From a virus, in IMG/VR virus record IMGVR_UViG_3300045988_076685, positions 117,466 to 181,465 of that record: a stretch of DNA of 64,000 nucleotides; one strand, written 5' to 3'. The position numbers and the translations under genes are program-made. This document shows, in pieces, positions 1-8,556 of this stretch (position 1 is its first letter; each line of letters opens with the position of its first letter). The notes below the pieces were generated by a model that was not told where the DNA came from, did not search any database, and saw only the letters and a list, made by a program, of their open reading frames with translations.

Positions 1-552
1 TCTAGGTTTTACTCTACAAATAGCATCTGCTAAAGCTTTACCTCCAGCATGAATGGCTTTTGGATTCCATTGACTAGGAGGTAATAAATCTAAATCCCCC
101 AACATCGGAGTATCGTGAGTTAAAATTATATCAGTATCTTCTGGAATATTATCATAATAACCTTTTAACCATTCTTCACTTTGCATAAATGACCAGTTAC
201 CGAACTTGTGGCAGAAAGGAGAGCCATATATTTTATAACATTTATAAGTTTCATATTCATAAGTAGTTCCTGACAAATATGTAAGTTTAAAATGAGTAGC
301 TCGCTCTAATGCATGAGCTATAAAAGAAGCTTGTTCTAAAAGTTTATCATGATTACCTGCAACCATAATTACATCTTCACAAGGAAGAGAGTTGATCCAT
401 TTTGTAAATGTATCTAAAAACCACAAAGTAGCTGCGGCATTATCAAATTGAATATTTAAAGGAACAATATCTCCTGCTATTAATACTAATTCACAAGGTT
501 CAATTTTTGGTAGATGACCATGTAAATCACTCAGTGCACAAATTTTTGTCAT
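1..552 (-). CDS. metallophosphoesterase (calcineurin-like), C-terminally truncated by window edge
   Basis: Minus-strand ORF starting at ATG 552..550 and running off the window; translation MTKICALSDLHGH...IAGDIV...VAGNHD carries metallophosphatase motifs I-III (DxH, GD, GNHD). Confidence 0.6.
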   Translation of the reverse strand, partial: MTKICALSDLHGHLPKIEPCELVLIAGDIVPLNIQFDNAAATLWFLDTFTKWINSLPCEDVIMVAGNHDKLLEQASFIAHALERATHFKLTYLSGTTYEYETYKCYKIYGSPFCHKFGNWSFMQSEEWLKGYYDNIPEDTDIILTHDTPMLGDLDLLPPSQWNPKAIHAGGKALADAICRVKPR

Positions 553-866
553 TATAATAAAGAATTTTTTATATCATTATATAAGTATTCATCATATTCA
601 CTTAATACTTCTGGATTTATTTCTTTTATAATAGGATATAGGATATACCAATAGTATTTAATATCTAAAATATCTATAAAAGCATTTATTTGTGCTCCGT
701 ATCGAGGGCAATTAAGTGAAAATAATTTATAAATACTGGGAAATCTTTGTCTATCTATTATCTGCCAATCTTCTATAAGAATTTTAGCTAATTTATGTAA
801 AGATATATTAGCATATATATAATTCCTAAGTATTGTGCCATTACTTCTGTTAGCTGTAGAACTCAT
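552..866 (-). CDS. hypothetical protein
   Basis: 104 aa ORF in the co-oriented gene train; stop overlaps the next start. Confidence 0.4.
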   Translation of the reverse strand: MSSTANRSNGTILRNYIYANISLHKLAKILIEDWQIIDRQRFPSIYKLFSLNCPRYGAQINAFIDILDIKYYWYILYPIIKEINPEVLSEYDEYLYNDIKNSLL

Positions 867-2119
867 TAATATAATTGTTTAATAGAATCATCCAAATCAT
901 CTCTTCTAGCTTTGAAACTAGGCTGTAATGGAATACCATCTTCAGAATAATAGAAGAATTTACATTCTCCAAAATGTCCTTTATATTCAGTATCAAAGTT
1001 TTCTACATAGTATTCTTTTAAAGCTCTATCTCCCCAAGGTTTAGCTTTAAAAGTTCTACCATCAGGTAATTCCATTATAAATACCATATCTTCAGAACCT
1101 CTCAGTCCTAATTCATAATCTACAATTTTAAAACAATCATCTTTATAATTTTTAAATTTAATCATTACGTTCTTTCTAGACCCAAACTCATACATACCTT
1201 CTGGATCCCTACAAACAACTCCTTCCCAGCCTTCAGCTACATATTTATCATGTAATTTCATAATATTATCATAGCCAGTAACTTTTACTTGAGGTAATAT
1301 TTGTAAATGTAATTCAGAATCACTAAAATCTTTATTAGGATTAAATCCAAGTTTAAGATATTTAGCTATTCCAATTAACATTTTTAACCTAGTTTTAAAA
1401 GGCAAATTCGGAACCATTATATCATATATAAAATACTGTAGTTCATCACAATCTACAGCATTCTTTTCCATTCTAGCAGCACTATTTATTTTAGCTAGAC
1501 TCCAACCATGTTTATAAAGCTCACCATCAAGTTTAATTGACGGATGTTCTTTAAAGAATTGAATTAGTAGTGGATGTCTTCTTATATGAGTAGTTCCAAA
1601 ATCATAATCTCCACCTCCTCTAGAAGCAGATTTTATTTCTTTATCATTCCAATAAAAAGAACATCTAAGTCCATCCACTTTTCTACTAGCATAATAGTAA
1701 GGAGTATTATCAATAGTTTTCCTAGCTACTTTACTAGCTTGTTTAGCTAACATATGTTTAGGAAAACCATTACCATCAGTATTATACTCAGGAAGAAAGT
1801 TTAAAATTATTTTCTCATCTTTATTATCAGGATCTTCTTCAACTTCTTTATAACCTTTATCCTTATATTCTTTAAGTTTAGAGTTAAACTGAAGTTGTGT
1901 TTGTTCCCTAAGAGTTCTACTGACTAATCCTTTCTTTATAGGAATATCTGGATGGTCCAGTCTTTTACCATTTAATTGCCAAGACTGTCTTTTAATAAGA
2001 TAGGCATGAGCAGAATCACTCCACTCATACCATATTCTTACACATCTAACTTTACCTTTAGCATCCTTAGACACTAAATAAGCATTTGTTTGAAATTCTT
2101 TTTCAAATAAGTCAGACAC
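866..2119 (-). CDS. ATP-dependent DNA ligase
   Basis: 417 aa; nucleotidyltransferase motif I KVDGLR (KxDGxR) in SRKVDGLRC; size and architecture like T7/T4-type phage ligases. Confidence 0.7.
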   Translation of the reverse strand: MSDLFEKEFQTNAYLVSKDAKGKVRCVRIWYEWSDSAHAYLIKRQSWQLNGKRLDHPDIPIKKGLVSRTLREQTQLQFNSKLKEYKDKGYKEVEEDPDNKDEKIILNFLPEYNTDGNGFPKHMLAKQASKVARKTIDNTPYYYASRKVDGLRCSFYWNDKEIKSASRGGGDYDFGTTHIRRHPLLIQFFKEHPSIKLDGELYKHGWSLAKINSAARMEKNAVDCDELQYFIYDIMVPNLPFKTRLKMLIGIAKYLKLGFNPNKDFSDSELHLQILPQVKVTGYDNIMKLHDKYVAEGWEGVVCRDPEGMYEFGSRKNVMIKFKNYKDDCFKIVDYELGLRGSEDMVFIMELPDGRTFKAKPWGDRALKEYYVENFDTEYKGHFGECKFFYYSEDGIPLQPSFKARRDDLDDSIKQLY

Positions 2120-2570
2120 GATTCAATTTCTTTAAAGCATCATAAAGTTGCTCTGGTGTTTCTACTTTTACAATTTCATTATCTATAGTCCACTCTTTTT
2201 CTACATCTTCATATAGCCACCATTCGATATCTTCTACGGTGTTTTCATCATCATTAGCTAGAGATCTTATTAAATCGGTTATAATAAATGTTATAGATTC
2301 TCCAATAGGGGATTCTATTAATACACAATTTAAAACATTTTCAAGTTCCTCTAATTTCTTATAGTAATTTAAAATATTACGTAAAGAATCACAAAATCTT
2401 TCTTTATCATAAATTCTGAAAGTACTATAAGCATCTTCGGCACCTTGTAAATAATCTGATATTACGGCATTCACAGCGTCTTGATGATTTTCTGAATCTA
2501 GTATTGTATTATTAGCATACTGCTTACCTAATACTCTTATTTTCTTTAAAAAAGATTCTTTACTTATCAC
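2112..2570 (-). CDS. hypothetical protein
   Basis: 152 aa ORF overlapping neighbours by 4-8 nt (coupled). Confidence 0.45.
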   Translation of the reverse strand: MISKESFLKKIRVLGKQYANNTILDSENHQDAVNAVISDYLQGAEDAYSTFRIYDKERFCDSLRNILNYYKKLEELENVLNCVLIESPIGESITFIITDLIRSLANDDENTVEDIEWWLYEDVEKEWTIDNEIVKVETPEQLYDALKKLNRV

Positions 2571-3061
2571 TTTACTCCAGATTTACCATAACCACTATCA
2601 GATCTATCTGTTTCATCCAAAGATTCTGCTTCTATAAGATTAGCCTCTTCTACTTTATTAAGCACTCCCTGTGCAATTCTATCACCTTGTTCAATTATAA
2701 AAGGCTCAGTACCATCATTCTTAAGAATAACTCCAATATTACCTCTATAAACTGCATCGATGGTTCCCGGCGTATTCAGTACAGTAATGCCATGCTTCAA
2801 AGCCAGACCACTACGAGGACGAATCTGAAGTTCATAACCTTCAGGAATTGCCATATATAAACCTGTTGGAATAAGTGCTCTACCTCCAGGGTTAAGAATT
2901 ATTGTGGTACTATCAAATTGAATAGCATTAAACAAATAATTATTATTTTCAATTTCTTCTACATTAGCTCTAAGGTCAAAACCTGCGTCACCTTTGTGTG
3001 CATACTCAGGAAGTTTATTACTAGATTTATTAATTACCGGAATATTAATAGTTGTGCTCAT
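2567..3061 (-). CDS. dut: dUTP diphosphatase (dUTPase)
   Basis: 164 aa; dUTPase motifs AGFDLRA, RSGLALKHGI, GTIDAVYRGNIGVIL, GDRIAQ. Confidence 0.8.
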   Translation of the reverse strand: MSTTINIPVINKSSNKLPEYAHKGDAGFDLRANVEEIENNNYLFNAIQFDSTTIILNPGGRALIPTGLYMAIPEGYELQIRPRSGLALKHGITVLNTPGTIDAVYRGNIGVILKNDGTEPFIIEQGDRIAQGVLNKVEEANLIEAESLDETDRSDSGYGKSGVK

Positions 3062-3314
3062 TTAAATAAGATATTAATTTAGAAATTACATTGTCTTTAT
3101 CTTCTGCATAAAAGGCTTTAATAACCTTATCATCTTTTTTTACTAATGCAAATGGAGTTTGATTACTACCCCATTCTTGCTGTATCTTATAAGCTTTACT
3201 ACGTTCTACTTTAGAACCCCTATCTAAGAATTGTAAAAAAGCTTCTCCATTATAGGAGTTTTTAAACAATTCTACTAATGCTGGATTATTATGAATTAAT
3301 AGTACATCAATCAT
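3045..3314 (-). CDS. hypothetical small protein, possibly thioredoxin-fold without CxxC
   Basis: 89 aa ORF between dUTPase and helicase; no active-site cysteine pair. Confidence 0.35.
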   Translation of the reverse strand: MIDVLLIHNNPALVELFKNSYNGEAFLQFLDRGSKVERSKAYKIQQEWGSNQTPFALVKKDDKVIKAFYAEDKDNVISKLISYLNEHNY

Positions 3315-4780
3315 AATAGCATAGTTATATCGCTTCTAGTTCTAGACATACTTACATATTGTAATTGTCTAAGAGTCTCTTTATCTTTAGCCCTAAAGAT
3401 ATCTTTCATATCTATAAATACATTATCATAAGAAGACCCTTGAGAACGATGAGTAGTAATAGCATACCCGTATTTAAAAGTAGCTTTTCTTATACATCTA
3501 CCATCAGTAAATAGATCTTTAGATGTACAAAAACTTCCCATTAAAGCATAATATATTCCCCACTTCTTTTTTCTATCGTATCCTTGAGAATTTATTGCTT
3601 CAGTTCTTATAGTTTCTATAACTATAGCTAAATCTTCATTACATTCTTCTGGAGCTAATAGTGGAATTTCAAAAGAGGCATTGTTATATTCATCATATAG
3701 TTTAACTAAGTATCCTTTACACTTAGTATAATACGGGACATCGATAATAGTAGGAGTAAATTCTTCTACTATATAATCCATAGAATTAGTTACTTCATAA
3801 CCATCTTTTTTGAAATTCTCATAAGCCATTAAAATTTCTCCTTTATGAAGAAAATTATTATCATTCCATAAAAGTTTATGAATAGCTTTATTATAGTTAC
3901 TTACACGAGCATTAGTATAAGCTAAAATTTTAGTATGTAATATATCCTTAGCTTCTATTTCGTATTTAAATTCCGAAACTGCTTTTCTACAAAAATTTTC
4001 TAATTTAGACTCTACAAAGAGACTTCCGTCCTCACCTTCACAATTATCCCACTGTTGTATTGGGGACTCTCTAAGCGTCTGTAAAATGTCTTTAAGACCA
4101 CTTTTTTCAGATTGCCTGTATATTTTAGTCAATCTAAATTGATGTTTACATCTAAAGACTTTTGATTGTTCGTCTTCTTTTACTGGATTTAACTGAGCAT
4201 AATCATCACAAAAGATAATCATAGTACCCATTAAACTACATTTCTCTACTAATAAATCATATAAGTCACTACTTACCATAGATGCTTCATCACAAATGAC
4301 AATTCCATCATATGGTATAGACATTTTTTTATCATTAGTAGCAAAGAATCTTAATTCTCTGATATCCAGTTTGAGAATATCTACTTTAGGAGACAATGCT
4401 AACATACTATGAAGAGTAGTTGCATCATAATCATTATACTTTTTAAGTACTAAAGCTGCTTTATGAGTAGGAGCACATAATTTTACAGGGAATCCTTTAG
4501 TATTTATCCACTCTAAGAGAAAGCTAGTACAAAGTGATTTACCACATCCAGCAGCTCCTCCTAAATTAATAGGATTTAAAAAGTCTCTCTGTTTAAAATT
4601 ATCTAATATGATATCAACTATATCATGCAATACTTGTAATTGCTCTTCTCCTAATGTTATTTGTTTTTCTTCTTCAATAAATCTTAGCCAATTATTTCCT
4701 TTCACAAAAGGATTATCTATCATATTAGGTCTTTCCGGAGACCCATCGAAATTGTCTATATAAATTAATTCATCACTCAT
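3311..4780 (-). CDS. SF1 DNA helicase, Dda/RecD-like
   Basis: 489 aa; Walker A GGAAGCGKS, APTHKAA, Walker B ICDEASMV, C-terminal TTHRSQGSSYDNVFI (RecD/Dda motif VI-like). Confidence 0.7.
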   Translation of the reverse strand: MSDELIYIDNFDGSPERPNMIDNPFVKGNNWLRFIEEEKQITLGEEQLQVLHDIVDIILDNFKQRDFLNPINLGGAAGCGKSLCTSFLLEWINTKGFPVKLCAPTHKAALVLKKYNDYDATTLHSMLALSPKVDILKLDIRELRFFATNDKKMSIPYDGIVICDEASMVSSDLYDLLVEKCSLMGTMIIFCDDYAQLNPVKEDEQSKVFRCKHQFRLTKIYRQSEKSGLKDILQTLRESPIQQWDNCEGEDGSLFVESKLENFCRKAVSEFKYEIEAKDILHTKILAYTNARVSNYNKAIHKLLWNDNNFLHKGEILMAYENFKKDGYEVTNSMDYIVEEFTPTIIDVPYYTKCKGYLVKLYDEYNNASFEIPLLAPEECNEDLAIVIETIRTEAINSQGYDRKKKWGIYYALMGSFCTSKDLFTDGRCIRKATFKYGYAITTHRSQGSSYDNVFIDMKDIFRAKDKETLRQLQYVSMSRTRSDITMLL

Positions 4781-5189
4781 ATAAATATACTCTATCTCCT
4801 TTAGGAGTAAGAAATCCCTCAGTAAAAGCGTTTATTTTTTCTTTATTACAATTCTCCCAAGTATTTCTATTTACAGCTTCTTTAAGAGATTTATTATAAT
4901 AAATTATATCTAAGATTGTCTCCCAATATACATCATTATTATTAGTTTGAAAAGTTAATAATAGTTGATATTTCTTAAATACTTCTAAATTTATTTGAGG
5001 GACAAATTCAAATCTAGGACTATCATATTTATCTTTCCAAGTAACGTCATAACTATGTAACTCAATCCATTTATTAGGAAGTCTATAAGGTAGCCCTGAT
5101 ATTATGGGTCCAAAATAAATGGAAGGTTTAGGAATTCTAAACCATTTCCTAACCTTCCACCATGTTCTAAGAGGATTCTCCATCAGCAC
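4773..5189 (-). CDS. hypothetical protein
   Basis: 138 aa ORF. Confidence 0.4.
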   Translation of the reverse strand: MLMENPLRTWWKVRKWFRIPKPSIYFGPIISGLPYRLPNKWIELHSYDVTWKDKYDSPRFEFVPQINLEVFKKYQLLLTFQTNNNDVYWETILDIIYYNKSLKEAVNRNTWENCNKEKINAFTEGFLTPKGDRVYLYE

Positions 5190-5436
5190 GTCTTAAATAA
5201 GGTAATAACTTTTCTTCTATTGCTCTATAAAAACGCGGACAAACTTCCTCATATACCTGAGTTCCATATAAAGCTTGAATAATTTCTTCTTTATTTAACT
5301 GCCACTCTTCCATATAAGATAGAGTGGATTTAATAGACATATCTGAATCAGTATGTAAGAATTTTATATAATCAAATATATCTTTAATACTTACATCTAA
5401 TTCATCTGTTGTGAGATATTGATATGAAATTTTCAT
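5167..5436 (-). CDS. hypothetical protein
   Basis: 89 aa ORF. Confidence 0.35.
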   Translation of the reverse strand: MKISYQYLTTDELDVSIKDIFDYIKFLHTDSDMSIKSTLSYMEEWQLNKEEIIQALYGTQVYEEVCPRFYRAIEEKLLPYLRRADGESS

Positions 5437-5681
5437 GATTCTAAAGATAATTTAGTTATATATTGTGCTATATCGTCTATAACTTCTCTTAGACCAGAAT
5501 CTGAGGGATTATTATTTTTATAACCCCGTAATTTTAAAAATCTATAGGTATAAGTGCGAGCCTCTGGCATCCATTTATTAAATACTTCTTCATTGGATAA
5601 TGTTGAAGGAAATAAACTTTTAATCCAATTCCAATATTCAGAAGTATCTATTTTTAAAGTTCCTATGAATTTAATTTCCAT
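5433..5681 (-). CDS. hypothetical protein
   Basis: 82 aa ORF. Confidence 0.35.
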   Translation of the reverse strand: MEIKFIGTLKIDTSEYWNWIKSLFPSTLSNEEVFNKWMPEARTYTYRFLKLRGYKNNNPSDSGLREVIDDIAQYITKLSLES

Positions 5682-6382
5682 TCTTTTAATTCGTTAGTTT
5701 CAGTATCTAATATAAATGGTTTGCAGCAATCTAACATAGCATATTTATCTGTAATTACAGGTTTAGTTCTGCCTCCCCAAGAGTGTCCAAATATTTGATA
5801 ATAACCTTTATATGGAGTCTGTAAGTGAGTTTGTATTTGAAAATCATTTAAATCATTCCAAATACAAGAACCATATCCAGCATAACCTCCTCTAGAAAGA
5901 GGAATTTGGTCTAATGGACTAAGATTAGTTATATCTATACTATCTAAGTCTTTTAATTCTAGATTATTATAGTCTAACCAGTCTTTAGTAATACCTGCAT
6001 GAGAGAATAAATATTTATGAGGCTCTTTAGGAGTTAAATCTTCATATATATAATATAATTGAGGATTTAAACTACTAACTAGCTCCTTTACTTCTTTTTG
6101 TTGCCAATAATCAAATCTACACTTACCATTTCCATTGAAATAGCTTAAATCGTGATTACCTAATAAGCATATAACATCAGAAATCTTACGTCTGTTTTCC
6201 ACAAAAGCAGCTAATTCTTTAAGATTAGTTAAAGATTCTGCTTTGTCTGGTTCTCCATCTACATATTCTCCGTAAGGGTCATGATAATCTCCTAAGAATA
6301 TAATTTTACCTTCCCAATTATTACATGGTTCTTTCCAAAATGTTCTTCCATGCACATCAGGTATAATTAATATTTTAGTCAC
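5663..6382 (-). CDS. Ser/Thr phosphatase-like metallophosphoesterase
   Basis: 239 aa; PDVHGR, GDYHDPYG, GNHD motifs typical of calcineurin-like/lambda-PPase-like phosphatases. Confidence 0.65.
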   Translation of the reverse strand: MTKILIIPDVHGRTFWKEPCNNWEGKIIFLGDYHDPYGEYVDGEPDKAESLTNLKELAAFVENRRKISDVICLLGNHDLSYFNGNGKCRFDYWQQKEVKELVSSLNPQLYYIYEDLTPKEPHKYLFSHAGITKDWLDYNNLELKDLDSIDITNLSPLDQIPLSRGGYAGYGSCIWNDLNDFQIQTHLQTPYKGYYQIFGHSWGGRTKPVITDKYAMLDCCKPFILDTETNELKEWKLNS

Positions 6383-6662
6383 ACAGATATTGTCTAAATT
6401 CTTTCATAAATTCTTCATCATCTAATAATTCAGTAATATTATCATTATCTATTTCTCCATCAGTATTACAGTCAAAACTTGTTTCCAAGCTTAACATAGA
6501 AAGAAACTCTTCTTTATAATCCTTTAAATTATCTTCTAACCAATCAATTATAAATTCGGAATAATCATGAGATCCCTCTGGTATATCTATACCCTCACAA
6601 TAAGTGGTACATAGATTAGCTAAAGTTTCAAAGAGATCATACTTTTCAAAAGTATATTCCAC
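6375..6662 (-). CDS. acidic hypothetical protein (paralog A)
   Basis: 95 aa, strongly acidic; shares DIx..ITELL..EFMKEF block with the next ORF. Confidence 0.4.
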   Translation of the reverse strand: MEYTFEKYDLFETLANLCTTYCEGIDIPEGSHDYSEFIIDWLEDNLKDYKEEFLSMLSLETSFDCNTDGEIDNDNITELLDDEEFMKEFRQYLCD

Positions 6663-6690
6663 ATTTAATGATCAACTTAAATCGATTTTA

Positions 6691-6921
6691 TCACTCATTT
6701 TCGTACCATTCTTTAAATTTTTTTAAGAACCCATCTTTAGTAACTAACTCTGTAATATCTTCAGTATCTATATCACCATTAGAATAATCATAAGGAGAAG
6801 CATATTCAATTAATTCTTCTATATAATTTTCTATATTGTCTTGAATGCCTTCAATAATTTCATCAATATTCTGCTCTAACTCAGTTCTACTTTCTGATTC
6901 TGTATTATTTTCTTTCATCAT
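6691..6921 (-). CDS. acidic hypothetical protein (paralog B)
   Basis: 76 aa; DIDTEDITELV..FLKKFKEW paralogous to 6375..6662. Confidence 0.4.
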   Translation of the reverse strand: MMKENNTESESRTELEQNIDEIIEGIQDNIENYIEELIEYASPYDYSNGDIDTEDITELVTKDGFLKKFKEWYENE

Positions 6922-7073
6922 TAATTGTAATATTTTTATTAACCATCCAACTTACATCGCTTAGATTAAAGTCCATATAACCTAACCAAGTCTCTATCTC
7001 ACTATCATACATATTTAATCTAGGCAAAGTATAAATATAAACTTCACCATTGGAATAATCTAATATAATTATG

Positions 7074-7283
7074 TCATCCATTATTTTTATAACGTAGTGC
7101 TAAAGTTAAATAGTTGATAGCTTCTAACTCACTATCAGATAGAGTTATTAATTTACCATTAATATCAATATCATACCCTTCTCCATTAGCCCATTCCGTT
7201 ATAGTTATATAGTCTGATTCTTTACCACTATACGTATATTTTTTAAGATTATCAGTAATCTGATTTACTTTCGTTATTTCCAT
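7074..7283 (-). CDS. hypothetical protein
   Basis: 69 aa ORF. Confidence 0.3.
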   Translation of the reverse strand: MEITKVNQITDNLKKYTYSGKESDYITITEWANGEGYDIDINGKLITLSDSELEAINYLTLALRYKNNG

Positions 7284-7653
7284 GATTTAACTTATTAAAA
7301 CCATAAATAATTAATTCTTTAAAATCTTTTTCTTCTTGTTCTGTTAAATCTAAAGGTCTTTCATCTATCCATATAAATTCATAAATTCCTTCGTGATCAT
7401 CATATTCAAACTTTGCTATAGCATAACAAGTTTCAGGATTTTTAAAACAACTCTTATGTAATTTATGCCAAGAAAAGTTAGGGTCTCTGTACCAATCATT
7501 ATCTATTTTTATAAAATCAGCTTCGTGACCATAATAACAATTAGGCATGTATCTATTTATATGATAAGCTTTAATTTCAGGAGGATTTTTTAAAAGATAG
7601 GTAGCAACCTTAAATTCTAAATTATTTATTCGTTTAGTATCTATCATCTTCAA
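7252..7653 (-). CDS. hypothetical protein
   Basis: 133 aa ORF. Confidence 0.4.
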   Translation of the reverse strand: MKMIDTKRINNLEFKVATYLLKNPPEIKAYHINRYMPNCYYGHEADFIKIDNDWYRDPNFSWHKLHKSCFKNPETCYAIAKFEYDDHEGIYEFIWIDERPLDLTEQEEKDFKELIIYGFNKLNHGNNESKSDY

Positions 7654-7823
7654 TATTAATTTTACCTTCTTTAATCATAAATTCTATTTCATCTTCTCTG
7701 TAACCAAGAACATCACATAGGTAAACTTCTACATTATTAATATCATCTGGAACTGTTACTAAATCAACACTTCCTACACCGTAATTTAAAATTGCACACT
7801 CCATAAAAACTAAAAAAGGAGGC

Positions 7824-8324
7824 TTATTCAGCCTCCTTCCAAAATATATCAGTACACCATATCATTATATGGGCATTTCTATCTATCTTATAAAATTTTT
7901 GATTAGTATTCGGATTATTTAATGGTCCAAATTGTTTCATATAAGGACCAAGTTTAATATAATCAAAATTATCAATATCTATATCATTATCAGCTAGTAA
8001 TTGTTTACCACTATACCATCCAATATGTAATTCGGGATAATTTTCTCTAACCCATTTAGCTAATTTATTTATTTCTTCTGGATCAGAATCTCCTCCCATA
8101 AATCCCACTAATGTAATCCCCTTATTAGATTCAATTAATTCTTGGAGTCGTTCCAATGATAATGTTTCTCCAATATCTTTTGACAAATAAGGCGAATGGC
8201 AACCATCACAGAAACAAGGGCAATTACTGATGTTAATACACAGAGAAACTTCATTAGGAAATTCTGCAAAAGTAACAGCTGTATCAACATATTTAAGCAT
8301 AGAACTCTTTAATTTTGTTCTCAA
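7824..8324 (-). CDS. nrdG: anaerobic ribonucleotide reductase activating protein (radical SAM)
   Basis: 166 aa; cysteine cluster NCPCFCDGCH fits CxxxCxxC radical-SAM motif; lies directly beside nrdD. Confidence 0.7.
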   Translation of the reverse strand: MRTKLKSSMLKYVDTAVTFAEFPNEVSLCINISNCPCFCDGCHSPYLSKDIGETLSLERLQELIESNKGITLVGFMGGDSDPEEINKLAKWVRENYPELHIGWYSGKQLLADNDIDIDNFDYIKLGPYMKQFGPLNNPNTNQKFYKIDRNAHIMIWCTDIFWKEAE

Positions 8325-8556
8325 GCATATCAGCAGTTAGAACTCCAGAAGTTCTTCCTACTTCTATATTATCTTTTATAAATACAAGAGTTGGAAGATT
8401 TCTAATATTATATTTAAGAGTAGTCTCTTCTTCTGTCTCTATATCTACTGTAGTTAAAGTAATATCAGTATGATTTTCTAATACTCTTTTTAAAATAGGT
8501 GCTAAAGCTTTACACTGACCACACCATTCTGCTTCAAATTTTAATATTTTTTTCAT
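8293..8556 (-). CDS. thioredoxin
   Basis: 87 aa; active site WCGQCK (CxxC) in a thioredoxin-sized protein overlapping nrdD/nrdG. Confidence 0.7.
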   Translation of the reverse strand: MKKILKFEAEWCGQCKALAPILKRVLENHTDITLTTVDIETEEETTLKYNIRNLPTLVFIKDNIEVGRTSGVLTADMLENKIKEFYA

